From: Eledone cirrhosa
Lineage: Eukaryota
Direction of reading: 5' to 3'
DNA length: 64,000 nt
NCBI GenBank assembly: GCA_964016885.1
Contig: OZ024754.1
Coordinates: 25,916,001-25,980,000, forward strand
In this document: positions 23,101-36,400 of the stretch, piece after piece
How positions within the stretch are numbered: position 1 is the stretch's first letter
How the letters are laid out: each line of letters starts with the position of its first letter
Position numbers and translations under genes: made by a program
Notes under the pieces: model-generated
The model's database searches: none
What the model was told of the DNA's origin: nothing
The model's input: only the letters and a program-made list of their open reading frames with translations

Positions 23101-26100
23101 GTTTCTTCTCAGATAACCTGTTGCTGTCCAGCTCTCCTGAGAGTTTCTTCAAAGACAACCTGCTGCTGTCCACCTCTCCCTTAGAGTTTCTTCTCAGACA
23201 ACCTTCTGCTGTCCAGCTCTCCTGAGAGTTTCTTCTCAGAGGACCTTCTGTTGTGCACCTCTCCCTGAGAGTTTCTTCTCAGACAACCTGTGACTGTCCA
23301 ACTCTCCTCAGAGTTTCTTCTCTTAGGACCTTCTGCTGTCCAGCTCTCCCTGAGAGTTTCTTCTCAGACGACCTTCTGCTGTCCAGCTCTCCCTGAGAGT
23401 TTCTTCTCAGACGACCTTCTGCTGTCCAGTTCTCCATGAGAATTTCTTCTCAGACGTCCTTCTGCTGTCCAGCACTGCCTGAGAGTTTCTGCTGAGACAA
23501 ACTTCTACTGTCCAGCTCTCCTGAGAGTTTCTTCTCTTAGTACCTTCTGCTGTCCAGCTCTCGCTGAGAGTTTCTTCTCAGATAACCTGTTGCTGTCCAG
23601 CTCTCCTGAGAGTTTCTTCTCAGACAACCTGTGACTGTCCAACTCTCCTCAGAGTTTCTTCTCTTAGGACCTTCTGCTGTCCAGCTCTCCCTGAGAGTTT
23701 CTTCTCAGACGACTTTCTGCTGTCCAGCTCTCCCTGAGAGTTTCTTCTCAGACGACCTTCCGCTGTCCACCTCTCCCTGAGAGTTTCTTCTCAGACAACC
23801 TTCTGCTGTCCAGCTCTCCTGAGAGTTTCTTCTCAGAGGACCTTCTGTTGTGCACCTCTCCCTGAGAGTTTCTTCTCACACAACCTGTGGCTGTCCAACT
23901 CTCCTCAGAGTTTCTTCTCTTAGGACCTTCTGCTGTCCAGCTCTCCCTGAGAGTTTCTTCTCAGACGAGCTTCTGCTGTCCAGCTCTCCCTGAGAGTTTC
24001 TTCTCAGACGACCTACTGCTGTCCAGTTCTCCATGAGAATTTCTTCTCAGACGACCTTCTGCTGTCCAGCACTGCCTGAGAGTTTCTGCTGAGACAAACT
24101 TCTACTGTCCAGCTCTCCTGAGAGTTTCTTCTCAGACGACCTGTTGCTGTCCACCTATCCATGAGACTTTCTTCTCAGACAACCTGCTGCTGTCCACCTC
24201 TCCTGAGAGTTTCTTCTCAGACAACCTGCTGCTGTCCACCTCTCCTGAGTGTTTCTTCTCAGACGACCTTCTACTGTCCAGCTCTCCCTGAGAGTTTCTT
24301 CTTAGACAACCTTCTGCTGTCCAGCTCTCACTGAGAGTTTCTTCTCAGACAACCTTCTGCTGTCCAGCTCTCCTGAGAGATTCTTCTCAGACGACTTTCT
24401 GCTGTCCACCTCTCCCTGAGAGTTTCTTCTCAGACGACCTTCTGCTGTCCAGCTCTCCCTGAGAGTTTCTTCTCAGACAACCTTCTGCTGTCCAGCTCTC
24501 CCTGAGAGTTTCTTCTCAGACGACCTTCTGCTGTCCAGTTCTCCCTGAGAGTTTCTTCTCAGACCACCTGCTGCTGTCTAGCTCTCCCTGAGAGTTTCTT
24601 CTCAGACGACCTCCTGCTGTCCAGCTCTCCTGAGAGTTTCTTCTCAGACGACCTGCTGCTGTCCAGCTCTCCCTGAGAGTTTCTTCTCAGATAACCTGTT
24701 GCTGTCCAGCTCTCCTGAGAGTTTCTTCAAAGACAACCTGCTGCTGTCCACCTCTCCCTTACGGTTTCTTCTCAGACAACCTTCTGCTGTCCAGCTCTCC
24801 TGAGAGTTTCTTCTCAGAGGACCTTCTGTTGTGCACCTCTCCCTGAGAGTTTCTTCTCAGACAACCTCTGACTGTCCAACTCTCCTCAGAGTTTCTTCTC
24901 TTAGGATCTTCTGCTGTCCAGCTCTCCCTGAGAGCTTCTTCTCAGACGACCTTCTGCTGTCCAGCTCTCCCTGAGAGTTTCTTCTCAGACGACCTTCTGC
25001 TGTCCAGTTCTCCATGAGAATTTCTTCTCAGACGACCTTCTCCTGTCCACCTCTCCCTGAGAGTTTCTTCTCAGACAACCTTCTGCTGTCCAGCTCTCCT
25101 GAGAGTTTCTTCTCAGAGGACCTTCTGTTGTGCACCTCTCCCTGAGAGTTTCTTCTCAGGCGACCTGCTGCTGTCCACCTCTCCTGAGAGTTTCTTCTCA
25201 GACAACCTGTTGCTGTCCACCTATCCATGAGACTTTCTTCTCAGACAGCCTGCTTCTGTCCACCTCTCCTGAGAGTTCCTTCTCAGACAACCTTCTGCTG
25301 TCCAGCTCTCCTGAGAGTTTCTTCTCAGATGACTTTCTGCTGTCCACCTCTCTCTGAGAGTTTCTTCTCAGACAACCTGTGGCTGTCCAAATCTCCTCAG
25401 AGTTTCTTCTCTGAGGACCTTCTGCTGTCCAGCTCTCCCTGACAGTTTCTTCTCAGACGACCTTCTGCTGTCCAGCTCTCTCTGAGAGTTTCTTCTCAGA
25501 CGACCTGCTGCTGTCCATCTCTCCCTGAGAGTTTCTTCGCAGATAACCTGTTGCTGTCCAGCTCTCCTTAGAGTTTCTTCTCAGACAACCTGCTGCTGTC
25601 CACCTCTCCCTGAGAGTTTCTTCTCAGACAACCTTCTGCTGTCCAGCTCTCCTGAGAGTTTCTTCTCAGAGGACCTTGTGTTGTGCCCTCTCCCTGAGAG
25701 TTTCTTCTCAGACAACCTGTGACTGTCCAACTCTCCCCAGAGTTTCTTCTCTTAGGACCTTCTCCTGTCCAGCTCTCCCTGAGAGTTTCTTCTCAGACGA
25801 CCTTCTGCTGTCCAGTTCTCCATGAGAATTTCTCCTCAGACGACCTTCTGCTGTCCAGCACTGCCTGAGAGTTTCTTCTCAGACGACCTTCTGCTGTCCA
25901 GTTCTCCATGAGAATTTCTGCTGAGACAAACTTCTACTGTCCAGCTCTCCTGAGAGTTTCTTCTCTTAGGACCTTCTGCTGTCCAGCTCTCGCTGAGAGT
26001 TTCTTCTCAGATAACCTGTTGCTGTCCAGCTCTCCTGAGAGTTTCTTCTCAGACAACCTGTGACTGTCCAACTCTCCTCAGAGTTTCTTCTCTTAGGACC

Positions 26101-28760
26101 TTCTGCTGTCCAGCTCTCCCTGAGAGTTTCTTCTCAGACGACTTTCTGCTGTCCAGCTCTCCCTGAGAGTTTCTTCTCAGACGACCTTCTGCTGTCCACC
26201 TCTCCTTGAGAGTTTCTTCTCAGACAACCTTCTGCTGTCCAGCTCTCCTGAGAGTTTCTTCTCAGAGGACCTTCTGTTGTGCACCTCTCCCTGAGAGTTT
26301 CTTCTCACACAACCTGTGGCTGTCCAACTCTCCTCAGAGTTTCTTCTCTTAGGACCTTCTGCTGTCCAGCTCTCCCTGAGAGTTTCTTCTCAGACGACCT
26401 TCTGCTGGCCAGCTCTCCCTGAGAGTTTCTTCTCAAACGACCTACTGCTGTCCAGTTCTCCATGAGAATTTCTTCTCAGACGAACTTCTGCTGTCCAGCA
26501 CTGCCTGAGAGTTTCTGCTGAGACAAACTTCTACTGTCCAGCTCTCCTGAGAGTTTCTTCTCAGACGACCTGTTGCTGTCCACCTATCCATGAGACTTTC
26601 TTGTCAGACAACCTGCTGCTGTCCACCTCTCCTGAGAGTTTCTTCTCAGACAACCTGCTGCTGTCCACCTCTCCTGAGTGTTTCTTCTCAGACGACCTTC
26701 TACTGTCCAGCTCTCCCTGAGAGTTTCTTCTTAGACAACCTTCTGCTGTCCAGCTCTCACTGAGAGTTTCTTCTCAGACAACCTTCTGCTGTCCAGCTCT
26801 CCTGAGAGTTTCTTCTCAGACGACTTTCTGCTGTCCACCACTCCCTGAGAGTTTCTTCTCAGACGACCTTCTGCTGTCCAGCTCTCCCTGAGAGTTTCTT
26901 CTCAGACAACCTTCTGCTGTCCAGCTCTCCCTGAGAGTTTCTTCTCAGACGACCTTCTGCTGTCCAGTTCTCCCTGAGAGTTTCTTCTCAGACCACCTGC
27001 TGCTGTCTAGCTCTCCCTGAGAGTTTCTTCTCAGAGGACCTTCTGTTGTGCACCTCTCCCTGAGAGTTTCTTCTCAGACAACCTCTGACTGTCCAACTCT
27101 CCTCAGAGTTTCTTCTCTTAGGACCTTCTGCTGTCCAGCTCTCCCTGAGAGTTTCTTCTCAGACTACCTTCTGCTGTCCAGCTCTCCCTGAGAGTTTCTT
27201 CTCAGACGACCTTCTGCTGTCCAGTTCTCCATGAGAATTTCTTCTCAGACGACCTTCTCCTGTCCACCTCTCCCTGAGAGTTTCTTCTCAGACAACCTTC
27301 TGCTGTCCAGCTCTCCTGAGAGTTTCTTCTCAGAGGACCTTCTGTTGTGCACCTCTCCCTGAGAGTTTCTTCTCAGACGACCTTCTGCTGTCCACCTCTC
27401 CTGAGAGTTTCTTCTCAGACAACCTGTTGCTGTCCACCTATCCATGAGACTTTCTTCTCAGACAGCCTGCTTCTGTCCACCTCTCCTGAGAGTTTCTTCT
27501 CAGACAAGCTTCTGCTGTCCAGCTCTCCTGAGAGTTTCTTCTCAGATGACTTTCTGCTGTCCACCTCTCCCTGAGAGTTTCTTCTCAGACAACCTGTGGC
27601 TGTCCAAATCTCCTCACAGTTTCTTCTCTGAGGACCTTCTGCTGTCCAGCTCTCCCTGACAGTTTCTTCTCAGACGACCTTCTGCTGTCCAGCTCTCTCT
27701 GAGAGTTTCTTCTCAGACGACCTGCTGCTGTCCATCTCTCCCTGAGAGTTTCTTCTCAGATAACCTGTTGCTGTCCAGCTCTCCTTAGAGTTTCTTCTCA
27801 GAAAACCTGCTGCTGTCCACCTCTCCCTGAGAGTTTCTTCTCAGACAACCTTCTGCTGTCCAGCTCTCCTGAGAGTTTCTTCTCAGAGGACCTTGTGTTG
27901 TGCCCTCTCCCTGAGAGTTTCTTCTCAGACAACCTGTGACTGTCCAACTCTCCTCAGAGTTTCTTCTCTTAGGACCTTCTCCTGTCCAGCTCTCCCTGAG
28001 AGTTTCTTCTCAGACGACCTTCTGCTGTCCAGCTCTCCCTGAGAGTTTCTTCTCAGACGACCTTCTGCTGTCCAGTTCTCCATGAGAATTTCTTCTCAGA
28101 CGACCTTCTGCTGTCCAGCACTGCCTGAGAGTTTCTGCTGAGACAAACTTCTACTGTCCAGCTCTCCTGAGAGTTTCTTCTCAGACGACCTGCTGCTGTC
28201 CATCTCTCCTGAGAGTTTCTTCTTAGACAACCTGTTGCTGTCCACCTATCCATGAGACTTTCATCTCAGACAACCTGCTGCTGTCCACCTCTCCTGAGAG
28301 TTTCTTCTCAGACAACCTGCTGCTGTCCACCTCTCCTGAGAGTTTCTTCTCAGGCGACCTTCTGCTGTCCAGCTCTCCCTGAGAGTTTCTTCTTAGACAA
28401 CCTTCTGCTGTCCAGCTCTCACTGAGAGTTTCTTCTCAGACAACCTTCTGCTGTCCAGCTCTCCCTGAGAGTTTCTTCTCAGACGACCTTCTGCTGTCCA
28501 CCTCTCCCTGAGAGTTTCTTCTCAGACCACCTGCTGCTGTCTAGCTCTCCCTGAGAGTTTCTTCTCAGACGACCTCCTGCTGTCCAGCTCTCCTGAGAGT
28601 TTCGTCTCAGACGACCTGCTGCTGTCCAGCTCTCCCTGAGAGTTTCTTCTCAGATAACCTGTTGCTGTCCAGCTCTCCCGAGAGTTTCTTCTCAGACAAC
28701 CTGCTGCTGTCCACCTCTCCCTTAGAGTTTCTTCTCAGACAACCTTCTGCTGTCCAGCTC
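17200..28760 (+). repeat. ~6.0-kb higher-order repeat pair (~17.2-22.8 kb and ~23.2-28.8 kb)
   Basis: Private variants are paired at offset 6011, then 5968 (one 43-mer lost): CTTCGCAGAT 19524/25535, GCTGGCCAG 20436/26404, TTCGTCTC ~22633/28601. ORF pairs 19017/25028, 21277/27245 and 22085/28053 agree. Confidence 0.9.
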
Positions 28761-30429
28761 TCCTGAGAGTTTCTTCTCAGAGGACCTTCTGTTGTGCACC
28801 TCTCCCTGAGAGTTTCTTCTCAGACAACCTGTGACTGTCCAACGCTCCTCAGAGTTTCTTCTCTTAGGACCTTCTGCTGTCCAGCTCTCCCTGAGAGTTT
28901 CTTCTCAGACGACCTTCTGCTGTCCAGCTCTCCCTGAGAGTTTCTTCTCAGACGACCTTCTGCTGTCCAGTTCTCCATGAGAATTTCTTCTCAGACGACC
29001 TTCTGCTGTCCAGCACTGCCTGAGAGTTTCTGCTGAGACAAACTTCTACTGTCCAGCTCTCCTGAGAGTTTCTTCTCTTAGGACCTTCTGATGTCCAGCT
29101 CTCCCTGAGAGTTTCTTCTCAGACGACCTTCTGCTGTCCACCTCTCCCTGAGAGTTTCTTCTCAGACAACCTTCTGCTGTCCAGCTCTCCTGAGAGTTTC
29201 TTCTCAGAGGACCTTCTGTTGTGCACCTCTCCCTGAGAGTTTCTTCTGAGACGACCTGCTGCTGTCCACCTCTCCTGAGAGTTTCTTCTCAGACAACCTG
29301 TTGCTGTCCACCTATCCATGAGACTTTCTTCTCAGACAACCTGCTGCTGTCCACCTCTCCTGAGAGTTTCTTCTCAGACAACCTTCTGCTGTCCAGCTCT
29401 CCTGCGAGTTTCTTCTCAGACGACTTTCTGCTGTCCACCTCTCCCTGAGAGTTTCTTCTCAGACAACCTGTGGCTGTCCAACTCTCCTCAGAGTTTCTTC
29501 TCTGAGGACCTTCTGCTGTCCAGCTCTCCCTGAGAGTTTCTTCTCAGACGACCTTCTGCTGTCCAGCTCTCCCTGAGAGTTTCTTCCCAGACGACCTGCT
29601 GCTGTCCATCTCTCCCTGAGAGTTTCTTCTCAGATAACCTGTTGCTGTCCAGCTCTCCTGAGAGTTTCTTCTCAGACAACCTGCTGCTATCCACCTCTCC
29701 CTGAAAGTTTCTTCTCAGACAACCTTCTGCTGTCCAGCACTCCTGAGAGTTTCTTCTCAGAGGAACTTCTGTTGTGCACCTCTCCCTGAGAGTTTCTTCT
29801 CAGACAACCTGTGACTGTCCAACTCTCCTCAGAGTTTCTTCTCTTAGGACCTTCTGCTGTCCAGCTCTCCCTGAGAGTTTCTTCTCAGACGACCTTCTGC
29901 TGTCCAGCTCTCCCTGAGAGTTTCTTCTGAGACGACCTTCTGCTGTCCAGTTCTCCATAAGAATTTCTTCTCACACGACCTTCTGCTGTCCAGCACTGCC
30001 TGAGAGTTTCTGCTGAGACAAACTTCTACTGTCCAGCTCTCCTGAGAGTTTCTTCTCAGACGACCTGCTGCTGTCCACCTCTCCTGCGAGTTTCTTCTCA
30101 GACAACCTGTTGCTGTCCACCTATCCATGAGACTTTCTTCTCAGACAACCTGCTGCTGTCCACCTCTCCTGAGAGTTTCTTCTCAGACAACCTGCTGCTG
30201 TCCACCTCTCCTGAGAGTTTCTTCTCAGACGACCTTCTGCTGTCCAGCTCTCCCTGAGAGTTTCTTCTCAGACAACCTTCTGCTGTCCAGCTCTCCTGAA
30301 AGTTTCTTCTCGGACAATCTTCTACTGTCCACCTCTCCTGAAAGTTTCTTCTCAGACAACCTTCTGCTGTCCACCTCTCCTGAGAGTTTCTTCTCAGACA
30401 ACCTGTTGCTGTCCACCTATCCATGAGAC

Positions 30430-33400
30430 TTTCTTCTCAGACGACCTGCTGCTGTCCACCTCTCCTGAGAGTTTCTTCACAGACAACCTTCTGCTATCCA
30501 CCTCTCCTGAGAGTTTCTTCTCAGACAACCTGTTGCTGTCCAGCTCTCCCTGAGAGTTTCTTCTCAGACAACCTGCTGCTGTACACCTCTCCTGAGAGTT
30601 TCTTCTCAGACAACCTTCTGCTGTCCAGCTCTCCCTGAGAGTTTCTTCTCAGACGACCTTCTGCTGTCCAGCTCTCCCTGAGAGTTTCTTCACAGACGAC
30701 ATGCTGCTGTCTAGCTCTCCCTTAGAGTTTCTTCTCAGACGACCTCCTGCTGTCCAGCTCTCCCTGAGAGTTTCTTCTCAGACGACCTGCTGCTGTCCAG
30801 CTCACCTGAGAATTTCTTCTCAGACGACCTCCTGCTGTCCAGCTCCCCCTGAGAGTTTCTTCTCAGACAACCTGTTGCTGTCCAGCTCTCCTGAGAGTTT
30901 CTTCTCAGACAACCTTCTGCTGTCCAGCTCTCCTGAGAGTTTCTTCTCAGACGACTTTCTGCTGTCCACCTCTCCCTGAGAGTTTCTTCACAGACAACCT
31001 GTGACTGTCCAACTCTCCTCAGAGTTTCTTCTCTTAGGACCTTCTGCTGTCCAGTTCTCCCAGAGAGTTTCTTCTCAGACGACCTTCTGCTGTCCAGCTC
31101 TCCCTGAGAGTTTCTTCTCAGACGACCTTCTGCTGTCCAGCTCTCCATGAGAATTTCTTCTCATACGACCTTCTGCTGTCCAGCTCTCCCTGAGAGTTTC
31201 TTCTGAGACAACCTTCTGCTGTCCAGCTCTCCTGAGAGTTTCTTCTCAGACAACCTTCTGCTGTCCAGCTCTCCTGAAAGTTTCTTCTCAGACAACCTTA
31301 TGCTGTCCACCTCTCCTGAGAGTTTCTTCTCAGACAACCTGTGGCTGTCCACCTCTCCTGAGAGTTTCTTCTCAGACAACCTTCTGCTGTCCAGCTCTCT
31401 TGAAAGTTTCTTTCAGACAACCTTCTGCTGTCCACCTCTCCTCAGAGTTTCTTCTCAGACAAGCTGTTGCTGTCCGGCTCTCCCTGTGAGTACCTTCTCA
31501 GACGACCTTCTGCTGTCCACCTCTCCTGTGAGTGTCTTCTCAGACAACCTGCCGCTGTCCAGCTCTCAGGAGAGTTTCTTCTCAGACAACCTTCTGCTGT
31601 CCAGCTCTCGTGAGAGTTTCTTCTCAGTCAACCTTCTGCTGTCCACCTCTCCTGAGAGTTTCTTCTCAGACAACCTTCTGCTGTCCACCTCTCCTGAGAG
31701 TTTCTTCTCAGACAACCTTCTGCTGTCCAGCTCTCCTGAGAGTTTCTTCTTAGACGACCTTAAGCTGTCCAGCTCTCCTGAGAGTTTCTTCTCAGACAAC
31801 CTTCTGCTGTCCAGCTCTCCTGAGAGTTTCTTCTCAGACAACCTGCTGCTGTCCACCTTTCCTGAGAGTTTCTTCTCAGACAACCTGCTGCTGTCCACCT
31901 CTCCTGAGAGTTTCTTCTCAGACAACTTTCTGCTGTCCAGCTCTCCTCAGAGTTTCTTCTCAGACAATCTTCTGCTGTCCACCTCTCCTGGGAGTTTCTT
32001 CTCAGACAACCTTCTGCTGTCCACCTCTCCTGAGAGTTTCTTCTCAGACAACCTGCTGCTGTCCAGCTCTCCTGAGAGTTTATTCTCAGACAATCTGCTG
32101 CTGTCCCCCGCTACTGAGAGTTTCTTCTCAGACAACCTGTTGCTGTACAGCTCTCCCTGAGAGTTTCTTCTCAGACGACCTTCTGCTGTTCACCTCTCCT
32201 GACAGTTTCTTGTCAGACAACCTGCTGCTGTCCACCTCTGCTGAGAGTTTGTTCTCAGACAAGCTTCTGCTATCCACATCTCCCTGAGAGTTTCTTCTCA
32301 GACGACCTTCTGCTGTTCAGCTCTACTGAGAGTATCTTCTCAGACAATCTTCTGCTGTCCAGTTCTCCTGAGAGTTTCTTCTCAGACAACCTTCTGCTGT
32401 CCAGCTCTCCTGAGAGTTTCTTCTCAGACAACCTTCTGCTGTCCACCTCACTTGAGAGTTTCTTCTCAGACAACTTGCTGCTGTCCACCTATCCTGAGAG
32501 TTTCTTCTCAGACGACCTGCTGCTGTCCAGCTCTCCTGAGAATTTCTTCTCAGACGACCTCCTGCTGTCCAGCTCCCCCTGAGAGTTTCTTCTCAGACAA
32601 CCTGTTGCTGTCCAGCTCTCCTGAGAGTTTCTTCTCAGACAACCTTCTGCTGTCCAGCTCTCCTGAGAGTTTCTTCTCAGACGACTTTCTGCTGTCCACC
32701 TCTCCCTGAGAGTTTCTTCTCAGACAACCTGTGACTGTCCAACTCTCCTCAGAGTTTCTTCTCTTAGGACATTCTGCTGTCCAGTTCTCCCTGAGAGTTT
32801 CTTCTCAGACGACCTTCTGCTGTCCAGCTCTCCCTGAGAGTTTCTTCTCAGACGACCTTCTGCTGTCCAGCTCTCCATGAGAATTTCTTCTCATACGACC
32901 TTCTGCTGTCCAGCTCTCCCTGAGAGTTTCTTCTGAGACGACCTTCTGCTGTCCACCTCTCCTGAAAGTGTCTTCTCAGACAACCTGCCGCTGTCCAGCT
33001 CTCCTGAGAGTTTCTTCTCAGACAACCTTCTGCTGTCCAGCTCTCGTGAGAGTTTCTTCTCAGACAACCAGCTGCTATCCACCTCTCCTGAGAGTTTCTT
33101 CTCAGACAACATTCTGCTGTCCAGCTCGCCTGAGAGTTTCTTCTTAGACGACCTTAAGCTGTCCAGCTCTCCTGAGAGTTTCTTCTCAGACAATCTGCTG
33201 CTGTCCCCCGCTACTGAGAGTTTCTTCTCAGACAACCTTCTGCTGTCCAGCTCTCCTGAGAGTTTCTTCTTAGACAACCTGCTGCTGTCCACCTTTCCTG
33301 AGAGTTTCTTCTCAGACAACCTGCTGCTGTCCACCTCTCCTGAGAGTTTCTTCTCAGACAACTTTCTGCTGTCCAGCTCTCCTGAGAGTTTCTTCTCAGA

Positions 33401-36400
33401 CAACCTTCTGCTGTCCACCTCTCCTGAGGGTTTCTTCTCAGACAACCTTCTGCTGTCCACCTCTCCTGAGAGTTTCTTCTCAGACAACCTGCTGCTGTCC
33501 AGCTCTCCTGAGAGTTTCTTCTCAGACAATCTGCTGCTGTCCCCCGCTACTGAGAGTTTCTTCTCAGACAACCTGATGCTGTCCAGCTCTCCCTGAGAGT
33601 TTCTTCTCAGACGACCTTCTGCTGTTCACCTCTCCTGACAGTTTCTTCTCAGACAACCTGCTGCTGTCCACCTGTCCTGAGAGTTTCTTCTCAGACAAGC
33701 TTCTGCTGTCCACATCTCCCTGAGAGTTTCTTCTCAGACGACCTTCTGCTGTCCAGCTCTACTGAGAGTTTCTTCTCAGACAATCTTCTGCTGTCCAGTT
33801 CTCCTGAGAGTTTCTTCTCAGACAACCTTCTGCTGTCCAGCTCTCCTGAGAGTTTCTTCTCAGACAACCTTCTGCTGTCCACCTCACTTGAGAGTTTCTT
33901 CTCAGACAACTTGCTGCTGTCCACCTATCCTGAGAGTTTCTTCTCAGACGACCGTCTGTGGTCCACCTCTCCTGAGAGTTTCTTCTCAGACAATCTTCTG
34001 CTGTCCACATCTCCCTGAGAGTTTCTTCTCAGACAAGCTGCTGCTGTCCACCTCTCCTGAGACTTTCTTCTCAGACAACCTGTTGCTGTCCAGCTATCCC
34101 AGATAGTTTCTTCTCAGACAACCTGCTGCTGTCCACCTCTCCTGAGAGTATCTTCTCAGACAACCTTCTGCTGTCCAGCTCTCCCTGAGAGTTTCTTTTC
34201 AGACGACCTGCTGCTGTCCAGCTCTCCCTAAGAGTTTCTTCTCAGACAACCTTCTGCTGTCCTGCTCTCCTGAGAGTTTCTTCTCAGACGACCTTCTGCT
34301 GTCCACCTCTCCCTGAGAGTTTCTTCTCAGACAACATGCTGCTGTCCACCTCTCCTGAGAGTTTCTTCTCAGACAACCTTCTGCTGTCCAGCTCTCCCCG
34401 AGAGTTTCTTCTCAGACGACCTTCTGCTCTCCAGCACTCCCTGAGAGTTTCTTCTCAGACGACCTGCTTCTGTCCAGCTCTCCCTGAGAGTTTCTTCTCA
34501 GACAACCTTCTGCTGTCCTGCTCTCCTGAGAGTTTCTTCTCAGACGACCTTCTGCTGTCCACCTCTCCCTGAGAGTTTCTTCTCAGACAACCTGTGGCTG
34601 TCCACCTCTCCTGAGAGTTTCTTCTCAGACAACCTTCTGCTGTCCAGCTCTCCTGAGAGTTTCTTCTCAGAGAACCTGCTGTTGTCCACCTCTCCTGAGA
34701 GTTTCTTCTCAGACAACCTGCTGCTGTCATCCTCACCTGAGAGTTTCTTCTCAGACAACCTTCTGCTGTCCACCTCTCCTGAGAATGTTCTTCTCAGATA
34801 ACCTGTTGCTGTCCAGCTCTCCCTGAGAGTTTCTTCTCAGACAGCCTTCTGCTGTCCACCTCTCCTGAAAGTTTCTTCACAGATAATCTTCAGCTGTCCA
34901 CCTCTCCTGAGAGTTTCTTCTCAGACAACCTGTGGCTGTCCACCTCTCCTGAGAGTTTCTTCTCATACAACCTGCTGCTGTCCACCTCTCCTGAGGGTTT
35001 CTTCTCAGACAACCTGCTGTTGTCCACCTCTCCTGAGATTTCTTCTCAGACAACCTGCTGCTGTCCACCTCTCCTGAGAGTTTCTTCTCAGACAACTTTC
35101 TGCTGTCCAGCTCTCCTGAGAGTTTCTTCTCAGACAACCTTCTGCTGTCCACCTCTCCTGAGAGTTTCTTCTCAGACAACCTTCTGCTGTCCACCTCTCC
35201 TGAGAGTTTCTTCTCAGACAACCTTCTGCTGTTCACCTCTCCTGACAGTTTCTTCTCAGACAACCTGCTGCTGTCCACCTCTGCTGAGAGTTTGTTCTCA
35301 GACAAGCTTCTGCTATCCACATCTCCCTGAGAGTTTCTTCTCAGACGACCTTCTGCTGTCCAGCTCTACTGAGAGTTTCTTCTCAGACAATCTTCTGCTG
35401 TCCAGTTCTCCTGAGAGTTTCTTCTCAGACAACCTTCTGCTGTCCAGCTCTCCTGAGAGTTTCTTCTCAGACAACCTTCTGCTGTCCACCTCACTTGAGA
35501 GTTTCTTCTCAGACAACTTGCTGCTGTCCACCTATCCTGAGAGTTTCTTCTCAGACGACCTGCTGCTGTCCAGCTCTCCTGAGAATTTCTTCTCAGACGA
35601 CCTCCTGCTGTCCAGCTCCCCCTGAGAGTTTCTTCTCAGACAACCTGTTGCTGTCCAGCTCTCCTGAGAGTTTCTTCTCAGACAACCTTCTGCTGTCCAG
35701 CTCTCCTGAGAGTTTCTTCTCAGACGACTTTCTGCTGTCCACCTCTCCCTGAGAGTTTCTTCTCAGACAACCTGTGACTGTCCAACTCTCCTCAGAGTTT
35801 CTTCTCTTAGGACATTCTGCTGTCCAGTTCTCCCTGAGAGTTTCTTCTCAGACGACCTTCTGCTGTCCAGCTCTCCCTGAGAGTTTCTTCTCAGACGACC
35901 TTCTGCTGTCCAGCTCTCCATGAGAATTTCTTCTCATACGACCTTCTGCTGTCCAGCTCTCCCTGAGAGTTTCTTCTGAGACAACCTTCTGCTGTCCAGC
36001 TCTCCTGAGAGTTTCTTCTCAGACAACCTTCGGCTGTCCAGCTCTCCTGAAAGTTTCTTCTCAGACAACCTTATGCTGTCCACCTCTCCTGAGAGTTTCT
36101 TCTCAGACAACCTGTGGCTGTCCACCTCTCCTGAGAGTTTCTTCTCAGACAACCTTCTGCTGTCCAGCTCTCTTGAAAGTTTCTTTCAGACAACCTTCTG
36201 CTGTCCACCTCTCCTATGAGTTTCTTCTCAGACAAGCCGTTGCTGTCCAGCTCTCCCTGTGAGTACCTCCTCAGACGACCTTCTGCTGTCCACCTCTCCT
36301 GAAAGTGTCTTCTCAGACAACCTGCCGCTGTCCAGCTCTCCTGAGAGTTTCTTCTCAGACAACCTTCTGCTGTCCAGCTCTCGTGAGAGTTTCTTCTCAG

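Larger units (their letters stand above)
7940..30430 (+). repeat. Domain B sub-family: rich in 43-mers and GACGAC monomers
   Basis: Marker CACCTATCCATGAGACTTT is seen about 19 times between ~8900 and ~30430 and not elsewhere. The module CAGTTCTCCATGAGAATTT...CAGCACTGCCTGAGAGTTTCTGCTGAGACAAACTTCTAC recurs. Long ORFs are sparse because 43-mers frameshift into the TGA frame. Confidence 0.85.

Noticed and set aside
32104-32118. TCCCCCGCTACTGAG as a foreign insertion
   Set aside because: It aligns without gaps to consensus TCCAGCTCTCCTGAG, so it is a multiply substituted monomer, used here only as a domain C marker.
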